From NCBI RefSeq assembly GCF_058153355.1, contig NZ_CM177019.1: a DNA stretch of 64,000 bases. The stretch is one strand, 5' to 3'. The position numbers were made by a program, and so were the translations under genes. Shown in pieces: positions 48,292 through 64,000 of this stretch; within the stretch, counting starts at the first letter, position 1, and every line of letters starts with the position of its first letter. The notes under the pieces are model-generated. The model was given only the letters and a program-made list of their open reading frames with translations, did no database searches and was not told the DNA's origin.

Positions 48292-48652
48292 ATCAAGTAG
48301 CGCGCATTCTATGGAGACATGCGAGTTCATGCAACTAAAAAATTGCATAATTTGTTTTATTGGTCACATTTTATGCGACACGATGAAGAAACAGTCGAAC
48401 AGAGGGCAAATTAGCACACTTTTTCAACATCATTGTTCTCAACAATGCGCTCCTTCTAAAGCGCAATTCTTTTTATCAGATGGAATATCTGTCACATTGC
48501 TTTTCAACGATAGCTTCCCGGGAGAGATTTTTTCTTATTATTCCTCCCCATCTGGTGTTACCCTCCTGCCCATTAACCCATTCAACAGAACTGTGACGCG
48601 CCATGGCAAATATCGTTTTGCCGATAGAGCTATGACCGCCAGAAACATGCTT

Positions 48653-49603
48653 ATGAGTATAAAAGAGCAAACGTTAATGACGCCTTACCTACAGTTTGAC
48701 CGCAACCAGTGGGCAGCTCTGCGTGATTCCGTACCTATGACGTTATCGGAAGATGAGATCGCCCGTCTCAAAGGTATTAATGAAGATCTCTCGTTAGAAG
48801 AAGTGGCCGAGATCTATTTACCTCTGTCACGTTTGCTGAACTTCTATATAAGCTCGAATCTGCGCCGTCAGGCAGTTCTGGAACAGTTTCTTGGTACCAA
48901 CGGGCAACGCATTCCTTACATTATCAGTATCGCAGGTAGCGTCGCGGTGGGGAAAAGTACAACCGCCCGTGTATTGCAGGCACTATTAAGCCGTTGGCCG
49001 GAGCATCGTCGTGTTGAGCTGATCACTACAGATGGCTTCCTTCACCCTAATCAGGTGCTGAAAGAACGTGGTCTGATGAAGAAGAAAGGCTTCCCGGAAT
49101 CGTATGATATGCATCGCCTGGTGAAGTTTGTTTCCGATCTCAAATCCGGCGTGCCAAACGTTACGGCACCTGTTTACTCGCATCTTATTTATGATGTGAT
49201 CCCGGATGGAGACAAAACTGTTGTTCAGCCTGATATTTTAATTCTTGAAGGGTTAAATGTCTTACAGAGCGGGATGGATTATCCTCACGATCCACATCAT
49301 GTATTTGTTTCTGATTTTGTCGATTTTTCGATATATGTTGATGCACCAGAAGACTTACTTCAAACGTGGTATATCAACCGTTTCCTGAAATTCCGTGAAG
49401 GGGCTTTTACAGACCCGGATTCCTATTTTCATAACTACGCGAAATTAACTAAAGAAGAAGCGATTAACACTGCCATGACATTGTGGAAAGAGATCAACTG
49501 GCTGAACTTAAAGCAAAATATTCTACCTACTCGTGAGCGCGCCAGTTTAATCCTGACAAAGAGTGCTAATCACGCGGTAGAAGAGGTCAGACTACGCAAA
49601 TAA
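48653..49603 (+). CDS. coaA: pantothenate kinase CoaA (316 aa)
   Basis: ORF 48311..49603; known N-terminus [20 protein letters not shown] starts at 48653; P-loop GSVAVGKST. Confidence 0.95.
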   Translation: MSIKEQTLMTPYLQFDRNQWAALRDSVPMTLSEDEIARLKGINEDLSLEEVAEIYLPLSRLLNFYISSNLRRQAVLEQFLGTNGQRIPYIISIAGSVAVGKSTTARVLQALLSRWPEHRRVELITTDGFLHPNQVLKERGLMKKKGFPESYDMHRLVKFVSDLKSGVPNVTAPVYSHLIYDVIPDGDKTVVQPDILILEGLNVLQSGMDYPHDPHHVFVSDFVDFSIYVDAPEDLLQTWYINRFLKFREGAFTDPDSYFHNYAKLTKEEAINTAMTLWKEINWLNLKQNILPTRERASLILTKSANHAVEEVRLRK

Positions 49604-49612
49604 TTTAAAGGG

Positions 49613-49624
49613 GAGCTAATGCTC
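49613..49624. repeat. IS4 target-site duplication, left copy (gagctaatgctc)
   Basis: 12-bp exact direct repeat flanking both IS4 ends. Confidence 0.9.
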
Positions 49625-51050
49625 TAATGCCGATCAGTTAAGGATCAGTTGACCGATCCAGTGGCTGTGTAAGAATCCGGAAACGCTCACTTGTTTCCGG
49701 ATTTTTTTATGCACATTGGACAGGCTCTTGATCTGGTATCCCGTTACGATTCTCTGCGTAACCCACTGACTTCTCTGGGGGATTACCTCGACCCCGAACT
49801 CATCTCTCGTTGCCTTGCCGAATCAGGTACTGTAACGCTACGCAAGCGCCGTCTTCCCCTCGAAATGATGGTCTGGTGTATTGTTGGCATGGCGCTTGAG
49901 CGTAAAGAACCTCTTCACCAGATTGTGAATCGCCTGGACATCATGCTGCCGGGCAATCGCCCCTTCGTTGCCCCCAGTGCCGTTATTCAGGCCCGCCAGC
50001 GCCTGGGAAGTGAGGCTGTCCGCCGCGTGTTCACGAAAACAGCGCAGCTCTGGCATAACGCCACGCCGCATCCGCACTGGTGCGGCCTGACCCTGCTGGC
50101 CATCGATGGTGTGTTCTGGCGCACACCGGATACACCAGAGAACGATGCAGCCTTCCCCCGCCAGACACATGCCGGGAACCCGGCGCTCTACCCGCAGGTC
50201 AAAATGGTCTGCCAGATGGAACTGACCAGCCATCTGCTGACGGCTGCAGCCTTCGGCACGATGAAGAACAGCGAAAATGAGCTTGCTGAGCAACTTATAG
50301 AACAAACCGGCGATAACACTCTGACGTTAATGGATAAAGGTTATTACTCACTGGGACTGTTAAATGCCTGGAGCCTGGCGGGAGAACACCGCCACTGGAT
50401 GATACCTCTCAGAAAGGGAGCGCAATATGAAGAGATCAGAAAACTGGGTAAAGGCGATCATCTGGTGAAGCTGAAAACCAGCCCGCAGGCACGAAAAAAG
50501 TGGCCGGGACTGGGAAATGAAGTGACAGCCCGCCTGCTGACCGTGACGCGCAAAGGAAAAGTCTGCCATCTGCTGACGTCGATGACGGACGCCATGCGCT
50601 TCCCCGGAGGAGAAATGGCGGATCTGTACAGTCATCGCTGGGAAATCGAACTGGGATACAGGGAGATAAAACAGACGATGCAACTGAGCAGGCTGACGCT
50701 GAGAAGTAAAAAGCCGGAGCTTGTGGAGCAAGAGCTGTGGGGTGTCTTACTGGCTTATAATCTGGTGAGATATCAGATGATTAAAATGGCGGAACATCTG
50801 AAAGGTTACTGGCCGAATCAACTGAGTTTCTCAGAATCATGCGGAATGGTGATGAGAATGCTGATGACATTGCAGGGCGCTTCACCGGGACGTATACCGG
50901 AGCTGATGCGCGATCTTGCAAGTATGGGACAACTTGTGAAATTACCGACAAGAAGGGAAAGGGCCTTCCCGAGAGTGGTAAAGGAGAGGCCCTGGAAATA
51001 CCCCACAGCCCCGAAAAAGAGCCAGTCAGTTGCTTAACTGACTGGCATTA
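49625..51050 (+). mobile_element. insertion sequence IS4 (1426 bp), complete
   Basis: Imperfect terminal inverted repeats (left taatgccgatcagttaag / right reverse complement taatgccagtcagttaag), single transposase ORF, 12-bp flanking direct repeat; length equals canonical IS4. Confidence 0.93.
49709..51037 (+). CDS. insG: IS4 transposase (442 aa)
   Basis: ORF 49691..51037; product from ATG 49709 [24 protein letters not shown]... recognised as IS4 transposase. Confidence 0.93.
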   Translation: MHIGQALDLVSRYDSLRNPLTSLGDYLDPELISRCLAESGTVTLRKRRLPLEMMVWCIVGMALERKEPLHQIVNRLDIMLPGNRPFVAPSAVIQARQRLGSEAVRRVFTKTAQLWHNATPHPHWCGLTLLAIDGVFWRTPDTPENDAAFPRQTHAGNPALYPQVKMVCQMELTSHLLTAAAFGTMKNSENELAEQLIEQTGDNTLTLMDKGYYSLGLLNAWSLAGEHRHWMIPLRKGAQYEEIRKLGKGDHLVKLKTSPQARKKWPGLGNEVTARLLTVTRKGKVCHLLTSMTDAMRFPGGEMADLYSHRWEIELGYREIKQTMQLSRLTLRSKKPELVEQELWGVLLAYNLVRYQMIKMAEHLKGYWPNQLSFSESCGMVMRMLMTLQGASPGRIPELMRDLASMGQLVKLPTRRERAFPRVVKERPWKYPTAPKKSQSVA

Positions 51051-51062
51051 GAGCTAATGCTC
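51051..51062. repeat. IS4 target-site duplication, right copy (gagctaatgctc)
   Basis: 12-bp exact direct repeat flanking both IS4 ends. Confidence 0.9.
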
Positions 51063-51069
51063 CCCTTTC

Positions 51070-52035
51070 TTATTTTTCTGCACTACGCAGGGATATTTCA
51101 CCGCCCATCCAGGGTTTTATTATTCCATCCTGCTCAAGCAATAAAGCGCCTTGTTTGTCTATTCCGCGTGAAATGCCAAATATTTCTTTATCACCAATGA
51201 TAAGTTTCACTGGGCGATTAATAAAATTATCCAGTTTTTCCCAGCGCGACAGATAAGGTGCCAATCCTTCTTGCTCGAAGAGTTCCAGCGCCGCACGTAA
51301 TTCACGTATTAGCATGGCCGCCAACGCATTACGATCGAGATTGATCCCAGCTTCCTGAAGCGTGATCCACCCCTGATTAACGATATTCTCTTCAACACGA
51401 CGCATTGCCATGTTGATCCCGGCACCAATGACTATTTGCGCCGCATCGCCGGTTTTGCCAGTCAGCTCCACAAGAATACCTGCCAGCTTGCGATCCTGCA
51501 GATAGAGGTCATTCGGCCATTTAACACGAACTTTATCAGCGCCCAACTTGCGTAATACTTCCGCCATCACGATACCGATAACCAGACTTAAACCAATCGC
51601 CGCAGCCGGGCCTTGTTCCAGACGCCAGAACATCGACAAATATAAGTTTGCGCCAAAAGGTGAAAACCATTTCCGACCTCGGCGACCACGTCCTGCCTGC
51701 TGGTATTCAGCAACGCAGGCATCACCCGATTTAAGCTCTCCGATACGATCAAGAAGATACTGATTCGTGGAGTCAATAACGGGCAGCACGGCTACACTAC
51801 CGCTATCCAGCTGACTCAATATCTGTTCAGCATTAAGTAACTGGATGGGCTCAGGCAGGCTGTATCCTTTACCCGGAACGGTAAAGACATCAACGCCCCA
51901 GTCACGCAGTGTTTGAATATGTTTATTAATGGCCGCCCGGCTCATTCCTAACGTTTCACCCAGCTGCTCACCAGAGTGAAATTCGCCATTCGCTAATAGC
52001 GTGATTAATTTTAGCGGAACGGTATTATCCTTCAT
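51070..52035 (-). CDS. birA: biotin-protein ligase / biotin operon repressor BirA (321 aa)
   Basis: ORF 51070..52035 minus; N-terminal HTH and GRGRRGR motif. Confidence 0.95.
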   Translation of the reverse strand: MKDNTVPLKLITLLANGEFHSGEQLGETLGMSRAAINKHIQTLRDWGVDVFTVPGKGYSLPEPIQLLNAEQILSQLDSGSVAVLPVIDSTNQYLLDRIGELKSGDACVAEYQQAGRGRRGRKWFSPFGANLYLSMFWRLEQGPAAAIGLSLVIGIVMAEVLRKLGADKVRVKWPNDLYLQDRKLAGILVELTGKTGDAAQIVIGAGINMAMRRVEENIVNQGWITLQEAGINLDRNALAAMLIRELRAALELFEQEGLAPYLSRWEKLDNFINRPVKLIIGDKEIFGISRGIDKQGALLLEQDGIIKPWMGGEISLRSAEK

Positions 52036-53060
52036 GAAATCGTCTCCACTGCGCTAACTTCACCTGATGTACCAATAAAGCGAACTTCTGGCTCAAGCCA
52101 GACATTAAATTTTTCACCCACTTTCTGTCTTACATGATGTGCCAGCTGCACAATATCTTCGCTTTTTGCATTGCCTTCATTAATGAGAACTAACGCCTGT
52201 TGACGGTGTACCGCAGCCCCACCAATTTGTGTTCCTTTTAGCTGGCACTGATCGATAAGCCAACCAGCGGCCAGTTTTACTGAACCATCCGTCTGGGGAT
52301 AATTTGGTGCTGTTGGAAATTGTGCCAGTAATGCTTTAGCCGTTTCGGCAGATACAACAGGGTTTTTGAAGAAACTACCGGCATTGCCATTCACTTTTGG
52401 ATCAGGGAGTTTGGTGGTGCGCATATGACACACCGCATCAAATACTTGCTGTGGCGTTACGGTTGTAGGATCCAGACGAGTTAAGTCACCATACGTTAGT
52501 ACAGGTTGCCACTCTTTTGGCAGGCGCAGACCTACGGCTACAATGGCGAAGCGGTCCTGGTATTCATGTTTAAAAATACTGTCGCGATAGCCAAAACGGC
52601 ACTCTTTGGCAGTTAAGCGCACTTGCTTGCCTGTCGCCAGTTCGACACAGTCAACATAAGCGCAAACTCGCTGTAATTCTACGCCATAAGCACCAATATT
52701 CTGGATAGGTGATGAGCCGACACAACCAGGAATTAACGCCAGATTTTCCAGACCTGGCATACCTTCCTGCAAAGTGTATTTTACCAGTCGATGCCAGTTT
52801 TCTCCGGCTCCTACATGTAAATACCACGCATCAGGTTCATCATGAATTTCGATACCTTTGATCCGGTTGATGATCACCGTGCCGCGATAGTCTTCCAGAA
52901 AAAGTACATTACTTCCTTCACCCAGAATAAGAACGGGTTGCCCTTCTGCGGTTGCATGCTGCCAGGCATTGAGTAGTTGTTGTTCGTCTTCGGCACATAC
53001 AATGTGCTGAGCATTATGATCAATGCCAAATGTGTTCCAGGGTTTTAAGGAGTGGTTCAT
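52032..53060 (-). CDS. murB: UDP-N-acetylenolpyruvoylglucosamine reductase MurB (342 aa)
   Basis: ORF 52032..53060 minus; recognised as MurB; 4-bp overlap with birA. Confidence 0.95.
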   Translation of the reverse strand: MNHSLKPWNTFGIDHNAQHIVCAEDEQQLLNAWQHATAEGQPVLILGEGSNVLFLEDYRGTVIINRIKGIEIHDEPDAWYLHVGAGENWHRLVKYTLQEGMPGLENLALIPGCVGSSPIQNIGAYGVELQRVCAYVDCVELATGKQVRLTAKECRFGYRDSIFKHEYQDRFAIVAVGLRLPKEWQPVLTYGDLTRLDPTTVTPQQVFDAVCHMRTTKLPDPKVNGNAGSFFKNPVVSAETAKALLAQFPTAPNYPQTDGSVKLAAGWLIDQCQLKGTQIGGAAVHRQQALVLINEGNAKSEDIVQLAHHVRQKVGEKFNVWLEPEVRFIGTSGEVSAVETIS

Positions 53061-53153
53061 AGCTGCTTTCCTGATGCAAAAACGAGGCTAGTTTACCGTA
53101 TCTGTGGGGGGATGGCTTGTAGTTATGACGACAGGGAGAGTTTGTAGAAACGC

Positions 53154-53180
53154 AAAAAGGCCCAGTCTTCCGACTGGGCC
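53154..53180 (-). terminator. rrnB operon terminator (single hairpin)
   Basis: aaaaaggcccagtcttccgactgggcc: GC stem with A-run on plus strand, 14 nt after the 5S 3' end. Confidence 0.7.
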
Positions 53181-53194
53181 TTCTGCTTAATTTG

Positions 53195-53314
53195 ATGCCT
53201 GGCAGTTCCCTACTCTCGCATGGGGAGACCCCACACTACCATCGGCGCTACGGCGTTTCACTTCTGAGTTCGGCATGGGGTCAGGTGGGACCACCGCGCT
53301 AAGGCCGCCAGGCA
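53195..53314 (-). rRNA. rrfB: 5S ribosomal RNA (rrnB operon)
   Basis: 120-nt match to E. coli 5S rRNA; differs from the rrnE copy at one position (53228 a vs 11412 g). Confidence 0.95.
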
Positions 53315-53500
53315 AATTCCTGTGCTCTGTCCTGTGTCTTTTGTGCTGATACTGCGTTGGCTGCATTCGCGAAAATCAGTCACATACTTCAGTATGCTCC
53401 TTCCTTCGCTTCATTTGCCGCCTTGTCTCAGCGCAAAATCCTTCGGACTCTGGATCCAAGCTGAAATTCTCTCAATCCGCCAAAACACCTTCGGCGTTGT

Positions 53501-56405
<2,905 letters not shown>

Positions 56406-56589
56406 TCACAACCCGAAGATGTTTCACTTCTGATTGCGAAAATTTGAGAGACTCACGAACAACTTTCATTGTTCAGTGTTTCAATTTTCAGCTTGATCCA
56501 GATTTTTAAAGAGCAAATATCTTAAACATGACTCGTAAGTCATCTTTAACGATATTAAGGTCGGCGACTTTCACTCACAAACCAGCAAG

Positions 56590-56665
56590 TGGCGTCCCCT
56601 AGGGGATTCGAACCCCTGTTACCGCCGTGAAAGGGCGGTGTCCTGGGCCTCTAGACGAAGGGGAC
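56590..56665 (-). tRNA. gltT: tRNA-Glu (UUC) in 16S-23S spacer
   Basis: Same tRNA-Glu sequence as at 14774..14849. Confidence 0.95.
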
Positions 56666-56836
56666 ACGAAAATTGCTTATCACGCGCTGCGTGATATTTT
56701 CGTGTAGGGTGAGCTTTCATTAATAGAAAGCGAACGGCCTTATTCTCTTCAGCCTCACTCCCAACGCGTAAACGCCTTGCTATTCACTTTTCATCAGACA
56801 ATCTGTGTGAGCACTGCAAAGAACAGTTCTTTAAGG

Positions 56837-58378
<1,542 letters not shown>

Positions 58379-58760
58379 AAAAGTTTGATGCTCAAAGAAT
58401 TAAACTTCGTAATGAATTACGTGTTCACTCTTGAGACTTGGTATTCATTTTTCGTCTTGCGACGTTAAGAATCCGTATCTTCGAGTGCCCACACAGATTG
58501 TCTGATAAATTGTTAAAGAGCAGTGCCGCTTCGCTTTTTCTCAGCGGCGCGGGGTGTGCATAATACGCTTTCCCGCTACAGAGTCAAGCATTTTTTTGCT
58601 TTTCTCTGTTGAGATTCTCAGGAGAACCCCGCTGACCCGGCGGCGTGTTTGCCGTTGTTCCGTGTCAGTGGTGGCGCATTATAGGGAGTTATTCCGGCCT
58701 GACAAGAGGAAATTTAAAATAATTTTCCAACCGCGCAACATTCAACCAAATCAGTCTAAA
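58379..58760 (-). promoter_or_regulatory. rrnB P1/P2 promoters, UP element and leader
   Basis: Minus-strand aaaattattttaaatttcctcTTGTCAggccggaataactcccTATAATgcgccacc (P1: -35 at 58710-58715, -10 at 58688-58693) and TTGACT...TATTATG (P2: -35 at 58582-58587, -10 at 58559-58565). Confidence 0.8.
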
Positions 58761-59608
58761 ACTGCCAGTTTTTCGAGCGTTTCGAAGCCGTAGCGCTGTA
58801 AAACGGGCAATAATTGTTCAGCTTCTGGCGTCATTGCCATACAAAAGGCAATATTCGCATCGGCGGATTTTGCATCCGGGGCTTCATGTTCTAACAACCA
58901 GGCCGTTCGGCGAGCAATCGCTGCGCCAGAATCCACCAGCCGTGTTCCCTCTGGCAGCACTTGTAACAGTTCTTCTTGTAGTAGAGGGAAGTGGGTACAC
59001 CCCAGAACAACGGTATCTGGTGGCTCTTTCATTCTTAACCACGGGCGCAAGATACGCTTTAGTGCATCCAGAGAAACATCTTCGCCATGCAGCTTCGCTT
59101 CAGCCAACTCAACCATCTCTGCCGAGCCCAGCATTTCTATCTGGCATTCATTAGCGAAACGCGCGATCAGCTCATGAGTATAAGAACGTTTAACTGTTCC
59201 GCGGGTTGCCAGTAATCCGACAATGCCATTTGCCGTCAGACGTGCAGCAGGTTTAATCGCCGGCACGACTCCAACAACCGGGAAGTCGAACTTTTCGCGT
59301 AAGGCAGGAAGTGAAACGGTACTGGCAGTGTTGCAAGCGACCACAGCCAACGCAAGGGGATAACGCTCTTGTACCGCAGTGACAATTTCCACCACTCGCT
59401 CAACAATAAACTCTTCGCTTTTTTCGCCATAAGGGAAAGCGACGTTATCGAAAGCATAAATGTAATGGAGATCCGGCAAGAGATGCCGGATCTCGTCATA
59501 GACCGACAACCCACCGACGCCGGAGTCAAACACCAGCACGGTGGGACGTGGTTCAGAAGGTGTAGCTGCCAGACAAGGTGTATTCCCGTCCTGCAGTTTG
59601 GTAGCCAT
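58751..59608 (-). CDS. murI: glutamate racemase MurI (285 aa)
   Basis: ORF 58751..59620 minus; known N-terminus [17 protein letters not shown] starts at 59608. Confidence 0.93.
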   Translation of the reverse strand: MATKLQDGNTPCLAATPSEPRPTVLVFDSGVGGLSVYDEIRHLLPDLHYIYAFDNVAFPYGEKSEEFIVERVVEIVTAVQERYPLALAVVACNTASTVSLPALREKFDFPVVGVVPAIKPAARLTANGIVGLLATRGTVKRSYTHELIARFANECQIEMLGSAEMVELAEAKLHGEDVSLDALKRILRPWLRMKEPPDTVVLGCTHFPLLQEELLQVLPEGTRLVDSGAAIARRTAWLLEHEAPDAKSADANIAFCMAMTPEAEQLLPVLQRYGFETLEKLAVLD

Positions 59609-61397
59609 AGACTGTCTCATAATCTTTGTCGAACAGGTTGGCTATTTTACCACGAACTGTCAGGTGAGAGGTGACCGGATACGCAACCGCAAGATCCCAC
59701 AAGCTCACACCGCCCATTTTAACGGTTTGATAAGGATAAGATGAGTAATCCTTATCATAGCGAGTGCCTAAATACTGATAAGTAATACCCCAGTCGAAGT
59801 CATACAACTGCCAGTCGAGCTGGTATTTCACCTGCTGTTTAGCACGGCGTAACAACGGCGTGTCGGTAATTGCATTGCGCGCATCGACATAATCATAACT
59901 CACAGTATGCGTCAGTGGTCCGGTATCAAAATTGGCGGTCGCCTCAACGCCCTTAATTCGCGCTTTCCCTTCGTTATAGTATTTCAGGGTGTGATCATCG
60001 TAATCGATCAAGTCACTGACATCGTTACGATATCCAGAAATACGCCAGTTCACCCCAGCGGTTAAGCCTTCAAACGCGCCTTCCCACTGTTTGCTTTTCT
60101 CAGGTTCCAGATTTGGATTTCCGTAGAAGCCATACAGTTGTCCAAGATTTGGTGCCTTATAAGATGTCCCGTAGGAAGCAATGAAGCGATAGCCTTCGAT
60201 GAATTCCCAACCAGCGCTGGTTTGCCAGGTTCCATGACGACCAAACTGTGAGTTATCGTCGCTGCGTGCTGCGCCTTCAAAGGTAAAATCGCCGACTTGT
60301 TGCAGCCCGGTCAGATAGATGCCGGTATTACGTTGATCATATCCATCCTCAACATAACCTGTACCCGGCGTCGTAGTCTGTTTCTGCCAGTCGACACCCG
60401 CACCAATACTACCGTGACCAACGATGACATTGTTTGCCCACTGGACGGTGTATTGCTTCATCTCATCGAGCGTCGCCGACGAATCATAACGACCATAATG
60501 GGGATCGTAGTTGTAATCTTTGCTATGGCTATAGCTGGTAATGAGTTGTGATTTAATCAGTTCGCCGTTATAGCGCAGCCCGGCGTCCCAACTTTGGCTA
60601 TAGAGTTTACGGGTATCGACCAGTGGCGAGCCGGGAGAATAATATGCGTCATAATTGGTACGATTATCATAGCCATAGCCGCGCACAAAGCCGCTCCAGA
60701 CATCAGTAAAGTTATGCTCCAGCGCACCATAAAGCGTTTTACTTAAAAAACCATCGTTATCTGTCTGCGCTTGCGTTCCGGTATTACCATAGGCAACAAC
60801 ATCATAACCATGAGTATGGGCATAATCGCCCAACAGCGTTACCCGTGTCTTATCTCCCAGTTGTTGCTGTGTAGAAACATCATAGTTCTGATAGCTATTG
60901 CTTCCCCACCCTGCTGAAATTTCCGTTCCGGGTTGATCGCGCGTCGTGATGATATTCACGACCCCACCTATTGCATCGGAACCATAAACAGCGGAGCGCG
61001 GCCCACGGATATATTCAACACGCTGGACAAGCGCAATAGGGAACTGGCTAAGGTCGGCAGAACCACTCACCCCCGCCAGATTCAGGCGTACGCCATCAAT
61101 TAACACCAACACATGACTGGCATTTGTACCGCGAATAAAAATAGAAGAGAGTTGACCTGAACCGCCGTTTTGGGTGATATCGACACCCGGAAGACGGCGC
61201 AGCACATCATTGACCGAGGTCGACTGCCAGCGGTCGATATCCTGACGCGTCACAACGGTGGTTGGTGCAAGCACAGTGCTGCGCGGCTGTTCAAAACGGT
61301 TAGCAGTAACGACGAGAGTATCCGGGCTGGTATCCTGTGCCCAAGCGGAAAAGGCTGTGACAGAACACGCCGTCAGCAGCGAAGCTTTTTTAATCAT
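59553..61397 (-). CDS. btuB: TonB-dependent vitamin B12 outer-membrane transporter BtuB (614 aa)
   Basis: ORF 59553..61442 minus; known N-terminus [20 protein letters not shown] starts at 61397; TonB box DTLVVTA; C-terminal F; 3' end overlaps murI start by 56 bp. Confidence 0.95.
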   Translation of the reverse strand: MIKKASLLTACSVTAFSAWAQDTSPDTLVVTANRFEQPRSTVLAPTTVVTRQDIDRWQSTSVNDVLRRLPGVDITQNGGSGQLSSIFIRGTNASHVLVLIDGVRLNLAGVSGSADLSQFPIALVQRVEYIRGPRSAVYGSDAIGGVVNIITTRDQPGTEISAGWGSNSYQNYDVSTQQQLGDKTRVTLLGDYAHTHGYDVVAYGNTGTQAQTDNDGFLSKTLYGALEHNFTDVWSGFVRGYGYDNRTNYDAYYSPGSPLVDTRKLYSQSWDAGLRYNGELIKSQLITSYSHSKDYNYDPHYGRYDSSATLDEMKQYTVQWANNVIVGHGSIGAGVDWQKQTTTPGTGYVEDGYDQRNTGIYLTGLQQVGDFTFEGAARSDDNSQFGRHGTWQTSAGWEFIEGYRFIASYGTSYKAPNLGQLYGFYGNPNLEPEKSKQWEGAFEGLTAGVNWRISGYRNDVSDLIDYDDHTLKYYNEGKARIKGVEATANFDTGPLTHTVSYDYVDARNAITDTPLLRRAKQQVKYQLDWQLYDFDWGITYQYLGTRYDKDYSSYPYQTVKMGGVSLWDLAVAYPVTSHLTVRGKIANLFDKDYETVYGYQTAGREYTLSGSYTF

Positions 61398-61637
61398 TGT
61401 AAAGCATCCACAATAGAAGAAGGATGCCGCAGGCTTCATCAATATTACGCGATGATGAGAACCAGATGCGACGTTAGCCGGCAGGTCTTCGGGCTTGGAG
61501 GGGTATATAAAATACTAAGAGATGATGACTTCCCACCGGATGGCAGTGTCCGCATAACGCAATCATCGCACCTTTCCTTACCGCTGCGCGTCAGCTCCAG
61601 ATTTGCACTGGATTCCCTATTAACTCACAGGACCGGC
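61398..61637 (-). promoter_or_regulatory. cobalamin (B12) riboswitch, btuB 240-nt leader
   Basis: Minus-strand leader begins gccggtcctgtgagttaatagggaatccagtgcaaatctggagctgacgcgcagcggtaaggaaaggtgcg..., matching the btuB leader as I recall it. Confidence 0.85.
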
Positions 61638-61765
61638 GAGTGGATGCTACAGGTTGTAACAAGTTGCTGTCCAGACGTAGCTCACAAATAGGAATACATC
61701 AAGATCTGGACATCTGATGAGCAATCCCTACAATCGCCGCGTACATTTCATTTTCAGGATACATC

Positions 61766-62866
61766 ATGACCCCCGAACACCTTCCAACAGAACAGTATGA
61801 AGCGCAGTTAGCCGAAAAAGTGGTACGTTTGCAAAGTATGATGGCGCCGTTTTCTGACCTGGTTCCGGAAGTGTTTCGCTCGCCGGTCAGTCATTACCGG
61901 ATGCGTGCGGAGTTCCGCATCTGGCACGATGGCGATGACCTGTACCACATCATTTTCGATCAACAAACCAAAAGCCGTATCCGCGTGGATAGCTTCCCCG
62001 CCGCCAGTGAACTTATCAACCAGTTGATGACGGCGATGATTGCGGGTGTGCGTAATAATCCCGTTCTGCGCCACAAGCTATTCCAGATTGATTACCTCAC
62101 TACGCTGAGTAATCAGGCGGTGGTTTCCCTGCTGTACCATAAAAAGCTAGATGATGAGTGGCGTCAGGAAGCGGAAGCCCTGCGCGATGCACTGCGAGTG
62201 CAGAATCTGAATGTGCATCTGATTGGTCGGGCAACGAAAACCAAAATCGCGCTGGATCAAGATTACATCGACGAACGTCTGCCGGTCGCAGGGAAAGAGA
62301 TGATCTACCGTCAGGTAGAAAACAGCTTTACCCAGCCGAACGCGGCGATGAATATTCAGATGCTGGAATGGGCGCTGGACGTCACCAAAGGCTCAAAAGG
62401 CGATTTACTGGAGCTGTACTGCGGCAACGGTAACTTCTCATTAGCCCTGGCGCGCAATTTTGATCGGGTATTAGCCACCGAAATCGCCAAGCCTTCGGTC
62501 GCTGCCGCGCAATACAACATTGCCGCTAACCATATTGATAACGTCCAAATTATTCGTATGGCGGCAGAAGAATTTACTCAGGCGATGAATGGTGTGCGCG
62601 AATTTAATCGCCTGCAAGGGATCGACTTAAAGAGTTATCAGTGCGAAACCATTTTTGTCGACCCACCGCGCAGCGGTCTGGACAGTGAAACCGAGAAAAT
62701 GGTGCAGGCGTATCCACGTATTCTGTATATCTCCTGCAATCCGGAAACGTTATGCAAGAATCTGGAAACATTAAGCCAGACGCACAAGGTTGAACGTCTG
62801 GCTCTGTTTGATCAGTTCCCCTACACGCACCATATGGAGTGCGGCGTATTACTGACCGCGAAGTAA
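61766..62866 (+). CDS. trmA: tRNA (uracil54-C5)-methyltransferase TrmA (366 aa)
   Basis: ORF 61766..62866; recognised as TrmA. Confidence 0.95.
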   Translation: MTPEHLPTEQYEAQLAEKVVRLQSMMAPFSDLVPEVFRSPVSHYRMRAEFRIWHDGDDLYHIIFDQQTKSRIRVDSFPAASELINQLMTAMIAGVRNNPVLRHKLFQIDYLTTLSNQAVVSLLYHKKLDDEWRQEAEALRDALRVQNLNVHLIGRATKTKIALDQDYIDERLPVAGKEMIYRQVENSFTQPNAAMNIQMLEWALDVTKGSKGDLLELYCGNGNFSLALARNFDRVLATEIAKPSVAAAQYNIAANHIDNVQIIRMAAEEFTQAMNGVREFNRLQGIDLKSYQCETIFVDPPRSGLDSETEKMVQAYPRILYISCNPETLCKNLETLSQTHKVERLALFDQFPYTHHMECGVLLTAK

Positions 62867-62905
62867 AACCTATGCCGGATGCGCCAGCATCCGGCATGAT
62901 ACCGA

Positions 62906-63265
62906 TTACTCAGCAACTTCCTGCTTACGGTTACGCATCTTCGCGCCAATCCAGAACACCATAATGACGGACAGTACTGCCGGGAAGAAGTTAGAGCCGA
63001 TATCCGGATATTCCGCACGAACTACCGTGCTGTACAGCAGTACGCCGAGAATAAAACAAGCAGCAGCCAGACCCGGCAAGCCTACCGGCATAGTGCGATT
63101 AAGATAACGTTGATGCAGGCAGTAAACTGTCAGCACCAGGGAAATAATCGGGAATACAGAAAATGGCACAATGGAGCTAAACAGCGCTGCGAAAGTACCA
63201 TTAATCGATAAGCCAGCCACCAGCGCCAGCAGCAGCGTACCTCTATCTTGATTTGCTTGTTTCAT
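62906..63265 (-). CDS. yijD: DUF1422 inner-membrane protein YijD (119 aa)
   Basis: ORF 62906..63265 minus; hydrophobic segments; synteny with fabR. Confidence 0.88.
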
Positions 63266-63912
63266 TACTCGTCCTTCACATTTCCCGGAATAATTGCGGT
63301 TTTCTCTTGTTCACGGCGATACCAGTAATAAGCCCCTTTCGAAATCATTCGCAGTTGCAGTACCAGTCGCTCTTCTAATTGCCGACGTTGTTCGACGCCG
63401 ACGTCCAACGCCTCGGCACCCGCACTGAAGACAATCGTCACCATGGCTTCGGCTTGCGCTTCAGTAAACGCACGCGGCATATGGTTTTCGAGTTCCAGAT
63501 AGTCCGCAAGTTCCGCAATGAAGTGCTGAATTTCACGCGCAACGGCGGCACGAAACGCAGCGGAGGTGCCGGAGCGTTCCCGCAATAATAACCGGAAGGC
63601 GTTAGGATTATTACCGATGAACTCCATAAATGTGGAGACCGAGGTGCGGATCACACTCCCGCCTTTGGCGATACGCTGACGCGCCTGGCGCATGAGTTGG
63701 CGTAGCATTAAACCGCTCTCATCAACCATGGTCAGACCCAGTTCGTCTACGTCGCGGAAATGCCGATAAAAAGAGGTGGGAGCAATGCCCGCTTCACGCG
63801 CCACTTCACGCAAACTCAGGCTGGCGAAGCTGCGTTCAGCACTTAATTGGCTAAATGCGGCTTCCACCAACGAACGGCGGGTTTTTTCTTTTTGTTGCGC
63901 TCTTACGCCCAT
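63265..63912 (-). CDS. fabR: TetR-family fatty-acid biosynthesis repressor FabR
   Basis: ORF 63265..63969 minus; TetR HTH region; start ambiguous (ATG at 63912 giving [10 protein letters not shown], or upstream start at 63969). Confidence 0.88.
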
Positions 63913-64000
63913 CACGATGTCTGAATCCTTGCCAAAAGTACTGCTGGCACTATACCAGAGAATGAACATACTGGATTGCTCCAGTGTTGTGAATGAACCG

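Noticed and set aside
49625-51050. Whether IS4 is part of a larger composite transposon or genomic island
   Set aside because: Both flanks are intact core genes (coaA, birA) with a clean 12-bp duplication and no second IS copy or cargo genes in the window.

Overview
This window reads as a contiguous stretch of Escherichia coli core chromosome (the classical ~90-min region), in reverse orientation to the usual K-12 map. Gene order is: metH (5' part, -), iclR, arpA, aceK-aceA-aceB (-), metA (-), yjaB, yjaA (-), rrnE (5S-23S-tRNA-Glu-16S, -), purHD, zraR-zraS (-), zraP, yjaH, hupA, yjaG, nfi, hemE, nudC (all -), rsd, TPP riboswitch plus thiCEFSGH, rpoC-rpoB (-), rplL-rplJ-rplA-rplK (-), nusG-secE (-), tufB with thrT-glyT-tyrU-thrU (-), coaA, an IS4 insertion, birA-murB (-), rrnB (-), murI-btuB (-) with the cobalamin riboswitch, trmA, yijD-fabR (-). 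Gene calls rest on recognising the translated products and their conserved synteny; RNA genes and the IS4 boundaries were located by reading the sequence. No database search or computation was run. I see no evidence of a novel or undescribed system (no CRISPR array, prophage, defence island or unexplained gene cluster). The only accessory content is one complete IS4 copy with a 12-bp target duplication, inserted into the terminator hairpin between coaA and birA. Other points worth a second look are: apparent absence of yjaZ/htrC between rpoC and thiH; a long-form 23S-5S spacer and a single T2-like terminator in the rrn operons; an AT-rich ankyrin-repeat gene (arpA); and a 38-bp palindrome in the purH leader. 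Comparisons to K-12 are from memory and should be confirmed by alignment.
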